In this document: in pieces, positions 1 through 11,172 of the stretch
Position numbering within the stretch: the first letter of the stretch is position 1
Layout: each line of letters starts with the position of its first letter
Source: Eledone cirrhosa
Lineage: Eukaryota
Assembly: GCA_964016885.1 (NCBI GenBank)
Contig: OZ024743.1
Location: 11,284,001-11,348,000 of the forward strand
DNA: 64,000 nt
Direction: 5' to 3'
Translations under genes and position numbers: made by a program
The notes under the pieces: generated by a model
What the model was told of the DNA's origin: nothing
Database searches by the model: none
What the model saw: only the letters and a program-made list of their open reading frames with translations

Positions 1-148
1 ACAGGTTAAATCGTCAGAAATGGACACTTGAGGATTACAAATATATATAAAATTAATGAAAACCACAAACACACATATATATATAACATACCTAACACGT
101 ACACATAAATATTTATTTAAATACTCATGTGTGTGTGTGTATGTATGC

Positions 149-222
<74 letters not shown>

Positions 223-491
223 TATATATATAATTTTATAATATAATATATTCAATATATCATGTATATTATGTTGTATTATATTATAGTATATTATATT
301 TAAGACATTTTTCTTTCATTGTACCTATTTCTGTTTTCACTACTTTAGCAATAATTAATAATTATGGCAATAAAAATACTATAGGTTCGTTTATTTCAGC
401 TAAAGCGACAGGTGTTGAGACATCGCATGCACAATTGAAAATTAACACCCATGTAGCATACGTGAATCGAAAGTTGGGAAAATTTAATTGA

Positions 492-720
492 ATCGTCCAT
501 GGTTTCCTACCATTCCATGATACTTTACAATATATTCAACATTCTGATTCTGAAGATGAAACTGCGAATGACACACATAGATTTAGGATACGCTTGTTTC
601 AAACTAGGTATAAAGAATTAATAAGTAAATATGAAAAATCATTAATATATATGATCAAACTAGAGCACAGTCCTGTTCTCAATACATGTTTGAAGGAAAA
701 GCTGTTCCCTATTTATGCAC
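492..720 (+). pseudogene. Possible N-terminal fragment of a Penelope-like element ORF
   Basis: Stop-free frame ...RYKELISKYEKSLIYMIKLEHSPVLNTCLKEKLFPIYA running into a (TG)n tract; resembles from memory the K-x-I-x-KYEK...N-x-CL-x-E-x-L-x-P-x-Y start of Naiad-type PLE ORFs. Confidence 0.4.
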
Positions 721-742
721 ACATTGTGTGTGTGTGCGCGCG

Positions 743-853
743 CAGGTTCGATCTATAATAGGTATTGCCTCGAGCTGATCGATAGTGAAACATATGTAAT
801 ATTTTATTAAATATGTTATGATGCAACACTGAATGCTTGTTCCGTATCCTTAT

Positions 854-857
<4 letters not shown>
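743..857 (+). mobile_element. 5'-truncated PLE terminal-repeat relic with the 3' half of a hammerhead (GAA-ACATATGT-A)
   Basis: Shares CAGGTTCGATC, GCCTCGAGCTG, GAAAC..TGTAATAT and GCAACACTGA blocks with 62397-62510; ends in (TA)n. Confidence 0.6.
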
Positions 858-945
<88 letters not shown>

Positions 946-2000
946 AGGATACGGAACAATTTTGTGTGTGCCTTACTTATGATTATCCTAAGAAACGCTA
1001 ACCATTTATATTAAACTAGCATTTTTCAACCTTTTATGTGAAGATGGTTGAATCCCTTTGACCTACGAAATTTTAACCTGCTATCTTCTTCTCCCTTTTC
1101 TTCTTCTTCTTATTATTATTACAGCTACGGCCATCACTGTAGTACATATTACATTTATTTAAGCACAAAGTCACCCGTTAGCCATATCACTAACAAATGT
1201 ATAAAATTATGTTTCACCGATATATAAATTATCACTTTCTGGATAAAGGTTGTTGTTGAACATACTTGACAATATTTAGAATTCCGACTTAAAAATGACT
1301 TCCTAACTTTAACAACGAAACGTTTATCGAAAATTAAAAATGTTGCTTCACTGCATATAATTTCGCTCTCCGGCTTCTTTTAAATTATTTAACGAAGTGG
1401 TGAGAGGAGAGCCATCGGTGTCATTATCATCATCTATTTAGCTGCCAAAACCTTATTTGCTGCCTGTGTATTAATTACATTTCATACCCTAATTTGTTGC
1501 CATTACACAGAACAGGTACTAATATCACTTTCAAATTATACAAGTAGCAATGATTATTCTACATGACTGTCCTCTATTACTCAATATATTCCCCTGCAAG
1601 AGTATATAGTTGTTGTAAACTTATGTATTTAAGGTATTACTATTGATTCTTACGTTCACATTTCTGTGATTTATCATGTCAAATTTTGACACCTTCTCCA
1701 CCACAGACATTCTGGTGGTTTAGAGGAATGAAGTGTATATACAATACTTTCTAATTTAGGCACAATGCCAGCAAAATGAGGGAGGATATATTCGACTAAA
1801 TCGACTACGGTACTTGACTTGTTCTTTATTTTATCTATCCAGGAAAGTTGAACAACAAAATGGATGTCAATGGAATTTGAATTCAAAACATAAAGAACCA
1901 GAAAATTATCGTAACGAATTTAATCCGACACTTTAACAATATAGTCAGTTCACCCCGTTAATAGCAATAATGAATTATACTTTAAGCTCATGACCAGTAA

Positions 2001-2170
2001 TTTTAGGATAGATGGAAGTCGATTATATCAACCCAGTTCTTAACTGGTATTTTATTTTTATCGAACTCGAAAGGATAAAAGGCCTTGGTGGGATTTGAAG
2101 TCAGAATATTAAAGAAAGTAATTAGATAAACCACAGTTTTTCTTCCGTTGCTCTACCGATTCTACAATTT
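2001..2170 (-). mobile_element. tRNA-head SINE, diverged copy
   Basis: ACTGGTATTTTATTTTTATCGA...GGATTTGAAGTCAGAA...CTCTACCGATTCT matches the reverse complement of the SINE found many times in the window. Confidence 0.75.
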
Positions 2171-2739
2171 ATGTCCTCATTTTACTATAATTATTTCAAT
2201 TGGTTATTGGAATAGCAGCTTTCGATTTAATAAGTGGGAATGAAGGATTTTTTTTTAAATCTTTAACTGCCTTACAATCCAAAGACATTCTGAAGCAGCG
2301 AAGTTTGTTTCTTAAATATAAAAAGGCGTTTTAATTTTGTTGGCGTGGGAATATTTTGGTATTTTGTGTTATCTATTGAAAAAAAAAAAAATGATGGCAA
2401 ATGCCATAACAATGAAATACACCTCACATGAAAACAAAAAAGAACTTTCAGAGACGAATATTTACGACAAAAAGAAGGAAGAAACTAATTTATTGTCACA
2501 AAACATACATAAATAAATATGTTAGCATTTAATGAAAATATAATCAGCATTACAGACAACATATTTGATTTGGATAAGAAAATTACAAAAGAAAAAAATG
2601 AATAGTTTTATCAACAGGGAGTTTTTAAATGTGGACAATACCCAATACTAGAAAGAACAATTGCAAACAGTATTAGCAAACTGCATCTCCTTAAATGAAG
2701 TATTTATTTGAGACCATGGGAAAAACAAAACTGACGTAC

Positions 2740-2813
2740 CTGTGCCGAGCTAAACGTGAGGAAAGGTTTTAATGGCGAGGTCTTCGGAGCTGTTGACTTC
2801 TTCGTGACTGAGG
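2740..2813 (-). CDS. Candidate internal exon of a host gene (74 nt, xSVTKKSTAPKTSPLKPFLTFSSAQ)
   Basis: Acceptor gtcctgtttcAG| and donor CAG|GTACGT on the minus strand; one open frame; higher GC than flanks. No homology recognised. Confidence 0.4.
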
Positions 2814-3987
2814 CTGAAACAGGACGTTAGGCAGAGATGATCCACAGAACAACCACTCGTCGATTCATACATAGATGAAAACAACACAAACGTGGTGATA
2901 TTGTTAGTAATATAAACTAAGTATTATAAACTTGTCTTTAAGTTTGTGAAGCAATATGGGCAGGTGCTAATAGTGTAGTTTACGAAAAACGACATGTGAC
3001 TAGGAGGAATCTGTTTCAACTTTCGATTCCTTATATCTTTTCAAAGACACGGGGCCATTCTGAAGCTATGCTCCATCAAGGATGACGAAACTAGACGATG
3101 GAGGCTGAAACTGAAAAGTAGACAACCCGGTTATACTTTTCGTAGCTAAAAAAATCATTTTAAACTTTATTGCCCCAAGGTCTTGAAAAACTAAGATGTA
3201 CAACAACATTCGCATGACTATTTGATTTCAGTTCCAACATTACCACAGCTCGGAACAACAAAATCAGTACAGTAGGTCAATTGGTCTCAGAAGCTGGCCA
3301 AGAATCTGAAGAACATCCTCCTGTGGCTAGAGATATAAGACAACCTAGAGAAGAGCTCTTTGTGAAACATAATTTCAGAGAAGTTCTAAGTGACATATGA
3401 CAAACATGGAGATCAGATAGAGACTTATAATCTAAACTTTAGATTCTCAATGGGGGCCGTTTCGTAGCTCCAGGGGGGCGTTATGCAGTAAGGGTGGGTT
3501 AGGGGGCGCTTTGCAGTAAGGGGGCGTTTGAAACTTTGAGGGCGCTAGAGGCCCCTTAGTTTGGTAAGTTTTATAAGTCATATTTGTACGTCTCTTAGAC
3601 AGTCAGTGATTTGAATGAAGAAAACAAAGAAAATAAATTAAAGAAGCTTATCAACGAATTCCCTAGGGGGATAAAAGAAAATCAAAAGAAATCAAAGCGA
3701 ATGAAAGGAAGGACTACTTCAACAGAAATGACAAGAAGAAGCAATGGTGGTGAACATACACACACATACATACACACACACGTATATACACATACAAACA
3801 CACACATATATATATATACACACACAGGCCGGCGTTAGTGTTTGATGAAGTTGAGAACCTGGTCAGCTTTCAGCCAGAAGTGTGGTATTTAATCTCCCTA
3901 GATAATAAAATCTGGCGACAAAAATGTTCTCCTTACCAAAAAAAGAAGACATAGATCATATCAACATCCTTACACACTTAAATATGA

Positions 3988-4644
3988 ATGCATGTATATA
4001 TACAAATGTCATTAGCTAAGATCTTTCTTTCCCTTATTACGAAGTATTTTCCCCCTACACATAAATATAGTAAATTTTTTAATAGAAATACTATTAAATT
4101 TTTTTACTCTACGACTCCTAACCTTGCACATAACATCACAGCTTCAAATTTAGCTAAACTACCTAGCCGTAGGAACACGTGCAACCCTGTAGTTAGTACT
4201 AACTGTAATTGTAGGAATCGGGTTGATTGCCCCCTATCCGGGAAATGCCTCTCTAGTAACATTGTCTACAAATGTAAGGTTGTAATACCCACGTCCCGTA
4301 GGGCCTACATAGGGTTAACTGCCAATAGAATCAAGCAGCGTCTTTACATGCATTCCCATTCTTTTCGTTACCCTCTAAGAAGGAATATGACGTCACTTTC
4401 AGCTTATATCTGGAGTCTAAAAGACAACCACACCCAATATAAGTTACACTGGGAGATCCTAGCTAGGGCTAGATCGTATAACGGAAATAAAAGACCATGT
4501 GACCTCTGCGCCGCTGAGGCCCTGGAAATACTCTACGCCACAGACCACATCTTAAACAAAAAATCTGAGGCAATTTCGGCTTGTAAACATAAATTTCACA
4601 AAACTTTCCTGTATTACAGCCCCACGTTATACCCTAACGGATAG
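3988..4644 (+). CDS. C-terminal part of a Penelope-like (Naiad-type) ORF: linker plus GIY-YIG endonuclease, 5'-truncated
   Basis: CxCx5C linker (CNCRNRVDC), IVYKC...AYIGLT, conserved R, H..SF, CDLC...E, LNKKSE and CKH motifs; no RT core. Confidence 0.88.
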   Translation: MHVYIQMSLAKIFLSLITKYFPPTHKYSKFFNRNTIKFFYSTTPNLAHNITASNLAKLPSRRNTCNPVVSTNCNCRNRVDCPLSGKCLSSNIVYKCKVVIPTSRRAYIGLTANRIKQRLYMHSHSFRYPLRRNMTSLSAYIWSLKDNHTQYKLHWEILARARSYNGNKRPCDLCAAEALEILYATDHILNKKSEAISACKHKFHKTFLYYSPTLYPNG

Positions 4645-5645
4645 TACGATCTATACGTGGATATTTTACGTCTTGATGTGGGCGCTAAGTATATGTTTTG
4701 TTTATACCTTTACTTATTTGCATAGGTAAGTATATATTACCCATATGTTTTGTGAAGGTACGTATACCTTCTCGTACGTATATTTGATTGTTATGGCGTA
4801 TAATTTTATATATTCTGGTACATATGGTTTGGCTATGTGTATACGGGAGTTTTGCGTCTGTGTGAGTATGCAGGTTCGTACGTATGTATGGTGTGTGTAT
4901 ATGTGTACTTCATGTTTTGGTTGATTTACTTCTCCGAACATTCGTGTATTTACATGTAGGTATGTGTGTGCGCTTGTTATATACGTATTTATTTATTTAT
5001 ATACGTTTATATAATTATTTATTTATTTGTATACACGCATACACACACACACATATTTATATGTGCGTGGTTTTGTATACCTATGGTAAGTTTTTGCGTA
5101 TGCTTGTGTATGTACGTATTTGTTTGCGTGTATGTATTTATTTATTTCTATTACTTCTGTATTGTATTTATTTACTTTGTTCTTAACTCTGTAGCGGAGA
5201 TTCATTCGGTCTCCTAGTTAGAATTTTAGTCTACGATTTCTGCTATACCATTTACGTGGTTTTGTCTTTGCGTGCTATTGTTCTCCACGCTCCACATATG
5301 ACGTATTATCTTCGTTTTTTTCGTTCATTGCCAGAGAACATCTCTATGCACCACCTAAGAGAACATTAGTCTACGACCTCCTTTATGCCATAAACGTGGT
5401 TCTGTCTTTGCGCGTAATTGTTTTTCACCGCTCCACATAATGACGTATTATTCGTTTTTTCCCGTTCTTTGCCAGCGAACGTTTCCACGAACCAAAGTAT
5501 CGTCTTCCTGTCTTCCTCCGGTTGCAACGTTTTTTTGAAATATCCAGTTCTGCGTTTACAGATTGACTTTGTTAGTTTCAGAAGATCCCGTTAAGGGTGA
5601 AAGCAGCGATTCTTTGCTTAAACTTTAATCTGTTATTTTAATAAA
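4005..5645 (+). mobile_element. 5'-truncated Naiad-type PLE with about 1-kb 3' region ending at (TA)n
   Basis: GIY-YIG ORF followed by a T-rich 3' region, a two-copy ~140-bp repeat (5226-5493) and a terminal hammerhead fold. Confidence 0.75.
5574..5624 (+). ncRNA. Type I hammerhead-like ribozyme with variant core CAGAAGA
   Basis: Stem I AGTTT/AAACT; core CAGAAGA; stem II CCC-GTTAA-GGG; GAAA; stem III AGCA/TGCT; CUU triplet with predicted cut after 5619. Confidence 0.65.
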
Positions 5646-5716
5646 AAATATATATATATATAGCGGCGATGAATTAGTTTTGCGAGGTTTTTTATATGAA
5701 ATCGTGTGTCGAAAAA

Positions 5717-6079
5717 AATATTGTTATACTTGGGGAGGGTCATATTTGTGTAATATTGTGTAATATTGTGTAATATTTGTGTAATATTGTGTAATATTGT
5801 GTAATATTGTGTAATACAACAGGAGGAAAATATAACACCACTGACGATGTTGCAGATGTGCAACGAAAGATTTATGATAAACTATGTATATGTGTTTGTG
5901 TCTATATTGTATCTGTATTATTTTTGACCGTCGGTCAGTCAATGGCAACATTGAGGACCGAGTAAGTTAGATTACCGATATAAAAGACACAGAAGCGAGA
6001 AGCGAAAACCAACCAAACAGTGAGTGTGTTCTGTTATTAATTCTGGCAATATTACACAAATATGACCCTCCCCAAGTAT

Positions 6080-6090
<11 letters not shown>
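5717..6090. mobile_element. Fold-back PLE relic (about 43-bp inverted arms) with internal (TAATATTGTG)n and a hammerhead
   Basis: ATATTGTTATACTTGGGGAGGGTCATATTTGTGTAATATTG and its reverse complement at about 6048-6088. Confidence 0.75.
5837..5878 (+). ncRNA. Minimal type I hammerhead ribozyme (PLE-type)
   Basis: CA-CTGACGA-t-GTTGCA-gatg-TGCAAC-GAAA-GATT-TA-TG: intact core, 6-bp stem II, near-palindromic stem III, weak stem I. Confidence 0.75.
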
Positions 6091-6119
<29 letters not shown>

Positions 6120-6176
6120 TAAAATAACAGATTAAAGTTTAAAATAACAGATTTTAGTCTTCAATTTTATTATTAT

Positions 6177-6224
<48 letters not shown>

Positions 6225-6232
<8 letters not shown>

Positions 6233-6683
6233 ACAGGAGGCTGGACTGGTGTAAATCCTTGAAAAGTTTATTATACTATGATCACTTCAATGACCGGGTT
6301 CCGTATGAATCCGGTGATATCATCAGGTATTCGAAATATAACAAAGGAATATATAAAATCCATGGGTCCGAAATCAGAGACAGAGAGGACGACTGACCAA
6401 CTAGCTGCTTTCACCTCGGTCAGTCGCTCTCAAGAATACCTGATGATATCACCGGATTCTTACGGAACCCGGTCATTGAGGTGATCATGGTATAATAAAC
6501 TTTTCAAGGATTTACACCAGTCCAGCCTCCTGTTATTTTATTTATAATAATTAACTCCGTATTAGCCCCACCAACTACACAAACGAAGACGGGTGAACTG
6601 CACTACGTTGAGTATTCTCCATAATATTACATCAAGATTGACCATACGGAATGACCAATTCTATCCAGTGGTGAACCAACAAA

Positions 6684-6686
<3 letters not shown>
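6225..6686. mobile_element. Fold-back PLE relic: 108-bp inverted arms (6225-6332 / 6434-6541) plus 3' extension, between (TA)n tracts
   Basis: Near-perfect inverted arms; each contains ATAC-CTGATGA-(long stem II ACCGG/CCGGT)-GA(A/G)G-TGATCA-T(A/G)-GTAT hammerhead relic. Confidence 0.8.
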
Positions 6687-6720
<34 letters not shown>

Positions 6721-6723
<3 letters not shown>

Positions 6724-6965
6724 GTGTGACAAGAAGCTTGTTTCCCAACCACATATTTCCGGATTCAGTCTCACTGCCCGAGCCGACCAAAGCCCTGTGA
6801 GTGGATTTGATAGATCGAAACTAAAAGAAGCCCGTCGTATATATGTATATATGTCTGTGTGTGTCTTTGCGTTTGTGTTTGCCCTCCCACCAATGCTTGT
6901 TGGTTTGTTGACGTCCCCATAATTTACCAAGGTGATGCTCCAGCATGGGCGTAGTCCAGAGACAG
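6721..6965 (+). mobile_element. SINE of a second family, internally deleted
   Basis: tRNA-like head (AAGAAGCTTGTTTCCCAACCAC..GGATTCAGTCTCAC) and GCCGACCAAAGCC.TGTGAGTGGATTTG..AGAAGCCCGTCGTATA body; a related piece lies at about 59200-59272 (minus). Confidence 0.6.
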
Positions 6966-7109
6966 AAAAAAAGTAAAATATATATATGTGTGTGTGTGTG
7001 TGTAGAAGAGGGGTCTCAAACTCAAGGACACAAAAGGGCTATTACGTCCTGGAGGAGAGGCACAGTGAGCCAAACGTGGTGGTGGATGAACATTTTCACC
7101 AGTTATAAT

Positions 7110-7323
7110 CATTTCTACTATAGGAACAAGGCATGAAATTTGGGGTTTAGGGTTCAGTCGATTGCATCGATCCTAGTACACAACTGGTACTTAATTCATC
7201 GACCCCAAAAGGATGTAAGGCAAAGTTGAGATCAGCGGAATTTGAACTCAGAACGTAAAAACGGAAGAAGTACCGTTAAACATTTCGCCAGATGTGCTAA
7301 CGATTCCACCACCCCGCCGCCTT
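7110..7323 (-). mobile_element. tRNA-head SINE with 18-bp TSD
   Basis: TSD ATTTTCACCAGTTATAAT at 7092-7109 and 7324-7341; B-box GAGTTCAAATTCC on the minus strand. Confidence 0.9.
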
Positions 7324-7384
7324 ATTTTCACCAGTTATAATGCGATATGAAATATTGGTTCTATCACGGGCCACAGATAAGTAG

Positions 7385-7432
7385 TTTATCTCCAACAGAG
7401 GGCTCATGTGTGAGCCCTCTGTTGGAGATAAA
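7385..7432. repeat. Perfect 22-bp-arm hairpin
   Basis: TTTATCTCCAACAGAGGGCTCA-tgtg-TGAGCCCTCTGTTGGAGATAAA. Confidence 0.9.
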
Positions 7433-7710
7433 TAGATAGATAGATAAGTTTCTTTTATTTGCCACTAGGGCATCAAAAGTGGGACAAGTACAAAGGGGGG
7501 AGTTTACACAAAAAGGCGTCCTCAATAAGGAGGAGGCAATAACAAAATATAAAAATAAAATAAGATATAACAAAAAATAAAATTTTTAACAAAATCCTCA
7601 ATAGAGAGGAGGCGCCTTGGGGGGTCGCACACACCCCCGAAAAAAGTGTGCAACCCTTTTCCTCAGGAGCACAGAGAGGGGGTGCTCCCTCGTTCCTTCC
7701 TCTTTTCCAC

Positions 7711-10700
7711 CTACAGGCTTATGTAAAGAGAAGGCCCATTCACACGGGCCATTCTCGCCACTTTCACCCACCTTTCATAAAAACGACTGGGGTGCAGCAC
7801 CTCTCTCTCCATCCTGATCCTTCTTCCGAAATGATATCGGAAGAAACAGACCAGTTGTTGGCCAGAGAGAAAGGTGCCTGACCTCAGTCCTTTCAGACGC
7901 GTCCACCATACAACCTCTTTCGCCATGGCTATTACGCACAGAAACACCGCCTCTGCTTCATCTTTGAAGGGGGGAGGCGGCTTGATCATTACAATAGACT
8001 CGGTGGTCAACCGGATCGGTCCCACCCTTGACAGCAGTTGTTCGACATAGCCCCACAGATCGGCTACGCCCGAGCAGTGTACCAATGCGTGTGCAACGGT
8101 TTCCTCGTCGCACACGCATCTGGGACAGATCTTTTTGGCGGGGTCCCTACCCGGGCGCCCGTGTCTGTAGAGCCTTTCTCGAACGGGTAAAGCCCCTCGG
8201 TAGCACTGCCAGGCCAGGGACTTCTGGAAGTTGTCCATAGGTCCCGGGCTGAATGTCCTACCGAACAGGCTGGCCAGTTCGTCCTCCTCCATGTCTAGGG
8301 CTTCTCCGAGGGCGTCGTCGCACCTGCTGCGTACCAGCCCTCTATAGAATGTTGCGGTGGAGTCTCCACTGATAACCGGATCCGCCTGCCAGAGGGCGGT
8401 GAGCGCCTGGGCACACTCAGTGTGCCAGGCGCCCAGTTTTCTCGGTCTTTGCTTGACCCAGGATTGCAGCTCGGTGAGTGAGACGAGTCTGGGAAAGGTT
8501 CGTCTCACAAACGAGGCCCACACCGGTTGTCCGGTGAGGAATACGTAGAGGTGCCGTAGCCTTAATGCGTGTTTACGCATCATTAGCCACGGCATCCCCA
8601 GCCCTCCTTTCGAAGGGTGTTGACAGCAGATGGATCTCCTCACCATAGGAGCCCGCCTCTTCCAAAGGAATTGGAAGAGCGCGCGCTCCATCTTGGTGAG
8701 GGTTTCCCTTGGGCAGGGCACTACGGTCAGGCGGTAGTAGATGACGGACGCTATATAAGTGTTCGCCACCTCCGCCCGACCTTTCAGGGATAGTTTGCAA
8801 CTGGCCCACTTCTGGGTCAGTGCAAACACCCTGTTCGTAACCTCCGCCCAGTTTTTCTCCACCTGGAGGTCCGGTCCGAACCAGACCCCGAGCAACTTCA
8901 CCGGGCCCTCCGTCCAGCGTCCGACGACGCCATCAGAGGGCATCGGTCTGCCCCTCCACGTGCCGAGTTGCAAACCGATCGACTTGTCCCGGTTCAGCTT
9001 AGCCCCTGTGAACTTTTCGTACTCCTCCAGTAAGGTGCCGACCGCCTCGATTTCGGAGGCCGTTGACACCATCACTGTCACATCATCGGCGTAGGCTGAC
9101 ACCGCTTTCCGCAATCCCGGTTCCAAAGGGATGCCCTGCAACAACTCCAACTTCCGCAGTAGTGGCTCGAGAGTCAACACATACAGAAGGGAGGAGAGAG
9201 GGCACCCTTGTCGGATGGACCGCGCGATTTTGAACGGCTCCGAGAGGTAGCCGTTCACCTTGACCCTAGAGCAGATGCGGCTGCTGTGCATAGCAGTGAT
9301 CCAGCCCCTGAAAACGGGTCCGAAGCCTGCCGCCGCTAGCACCGCATCCAGGTAACCATGGTCGACCCTATCGAACGCCTTAGATTGATCCAAGTTGATC
9401 AGAGCCCCACCAAAGCCGGGTTCGTTCCCAACCCTCTCTATGATGTATCGCATGAGGTGGAGGTTGTCATGGATGGACCTGGACGGGATAGCGCATGTCT
9501 GCGCATCTCCCACCAGGTTGCCCACGACAAGCGCCAACCTCTTTGCTAGCACCTTGGCCAAAATCTGTAACTCTGTATTTAGCAGAGTTATGGGCCTGAA
9601 GTTACTTATTTCGTCCCCCTTGTTCTCGTCCTTCCTCACTAGCGTGACTACGCCCTTGGTCACAGTACAGGGAATTCTCCCGTTCTGTTGCCAGTTGCAG
9701 TAGACCGCCTCGAGGAGATCGGGGAACAAGTCCGGCATAGCTAGATATAATTCGTAAGGAAGACCATCGAGACCCGGGGATTTGCGTTTGCCGCATTGGC
9801 TCAGCACGTCCTCTATCTCAGCGGCCGAAATCGGCTCCTCGCAGGACTTCGCCTCCCTGTCCGAGAGGCGCGGCAGGCCGTCGAGGTATGGACCGAAGTC
9901 CACGTTCCCAACCGGCTCCCCGCCCCTCCCGAACAGTCGGGCAAAGTGCCTTTGAAAGGCCTCACACATCTGCTTAGGCTCAAGAATCGCCCGTCCATCC
10001 AGGTCTCGCAAAGACCGGATGGTGGATTTAGTTCCACTGTTGGCCTCTGTCACGCGGGCCCAGCTAACAGCTTTGGCCCCCTCGTTCCCTAGAGCACGTA
10101 TTTTACTTCGGACAACGCAGCCTTCGTGCTTCGCGTCGAAAAACTGGCTCAAAGCCGTTCTCGACGCTAGCACTCTGGCCACGTCGCCGCTTCTAATTGC
10201 CTCTTCTACTCTATCTATTAGCTCCCTTTCCTTCCTATTCCTATCCGCAGCTAGAACCTTACTAAATTCAATCGAGACTACTCTAATCTCTCTCTTTAGA
10301 GATACCCACCACCTGCTGTTGACGATCGCTCCAGTCAACCGTTCCTTAACTAACGTACTAATCCGATTCCTGTAGGCTCTACTTGCCGGCAAGGACAAGT
10401 TGAGCTTCCAGTAACCGGGGCCCTGTCTATGAGGTCTGTCAAGGTTGACCATGCAGGTCACTAATTTGTGGTCTGAATAGCCAACCATGCGCATTTTTGG
10501 ACAACTTAAAACGTCCTTATCCTTAATTCTAACTAAGAACCTATCTAGGTACGACCTAGATGATCCGCTACGATTTGCCCAAGTCCAGGTTGGCGCAGTC
10601 GGAAAATCTAGTCGATATCTATCGGCCAGGTCAAATCGACCGATTAACCCTTTGAGGCTATTACACCCCTCTCTATCGGGGCAGGCCCCTACGTAGTCCC

Positions 10701-11148
10701 AGCGTGCATCTAGGATACCATTCCAGTCCCCCACTAATAGCAAGGAGCGGGACGTCCCTAGAAAAGTCTCCAGACGATGGAAGAAGTCCGGCCGCATTGA
10801 CCCGAAAGGGCCGTAGGCGGCTACCAACCTAAACGCTCCACCTTTACCACTGCCAAGGTCCAGAACCACTAGTCGACCCTCCGGGTCCAAATGTACCATC
10901 TGTGTTGCGAGACCCAGATGTTTTTGCAGCAGAACGACAACTCCACCCCCGCCTCCGGGCTGACAGAGAGATGCGTGCATCTCAAAGTCATCAAAGGTGG
11001 GGGCCAGCTGTCGCACGTTGCTGATCCGGGCCTCGCAAATAACCATCACATCTATACGTTGTGACCTGAGGTCATTTAGAAGCATTGCTTGCTTCCAAGT
11101 TGAGCCCAGGCCACGCGCATTTAAACAGCCTACTCTTAGCATAGCCAT
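7711..11148 (-). CDS. LINE ORF2: APE endonuclease, reverse transcriptase and C-terminal zinc-binding region (1145 aa from first ATG)
   Basis: EN motifs LNARGL, GDWN, YLDRF, SDHK; WKLN; RT motifs KSPGLDG, FRPITLLN, LDQSKAFDRVDH, RQGCPLS, YADD; CPRC...ETVAHALVHC. Confidence 0.96.
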   Translation of the reverse strand: MAMLRVGCLNARGLGSTWKQAMLLNDLRSQRIDVMVICEARISNVRQLAPTFDDFEMHASLCQPGGGGGVVVLLQKHLGLATQMVHLDPEGRLVVLDLGSGKGGAFRLVAAYGPFGSMRPDFFHRLETFLGTSRSLLLVGDWNGILDARWDYVGACPDREGCNSLKGLIGRFDLADRYRLDFPTAPTWTWANRSGSSRSYLDRFLVRIKDKDVLSCPKMRMVGYSDHKLVTCMVNLDRPHRQGPGYWKLNLSLPASRAYRNRISTLVKERLTGAIVNSRWWVSLKREIRVVSIEFSKVLAADRNRKERELIDRVEEAIRSGDVARVLASRTALSQFFDAKHEGCVVRSKIRALGNEGAKAVSWARVTEANSGTKSTIRSLRDLDGRAILEPKQMCEAFQRHFARLFGRGGEPVGNVDFGPYLDGLPRLSDREAKSCEEPISAAEIEDVLSQCGKRKSPGLDGLPYELYLAMPDLFPDLLEAVYCNWQQNGRIPCTVTKGVVTLVRKDENKGDEISNFRPITLLNTELQILAKVLAKRLALVVGNLVGDAQTCAIPSRSIHDNLHLMRYIIERVGNEPGFGGALINLDQSKAFDRVDHGYLDAVLAAAGFGPVFRGWITAMHSSRICSRVKVNGYLSEPFKIARSIRQGCPLSSLLYVLTLEPLLRKLELLQGIPLEPGLRKAVSAYADDVTVMVSTASEIEAVGTLLEEYEKFTGAKLNRDKSIGLQLGTWRGRPMPSDGVVGRWTEGPVKLLGVWFGPDLQVEKNWAEVTNRVFALTQKWASCKLSLKGRAEVANTYIASVIYYRLTVVPCPRETLTKMERALFQFLWKRRAPMVRRSICCQHPSKGGLGMPWLMMRKHALRLRHLYVFLTGQPVWASFVRRTFPRLVSLTELQSWVKQRPRKLGAWHTECAQALTALWQADPVISGDSTATFYRGLVRSRCDDALGEALDMEEDELASLFGRTFSPGPMDNFQKSLAWQCYRGALPVRERLYRHGRPGRDPAKKICPRCVCDEETVAHALVHCSGVADLWGYVEQLLSRVGPIRLTTESIVMIKPPPPFKDEAEAVFLCVIAMAKEVVWWTRLKGLRSGTFLSGQQLVCFFRYHFGRRIRMEREVLHPSRFYERWVKVARMARVNGPSLYISL

Positions 11149-11172
11149 GTTGGTAGTGAAGAGAAAAGGCAC

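Noticed and set aside
1400-1886. Hydrophobic open frame at about 1401-1548 and 70-aa minus ORF 1674-1886
   Set aside because: No convincing start or splice sites and no recognisable homology.
3988-4644. Stand-alone or domesticated GIY-YIG nuclease gene
   Set aside because: The ATG lies at the flank junction; the structure fits an ordinary 5'-truncated PLE copy.
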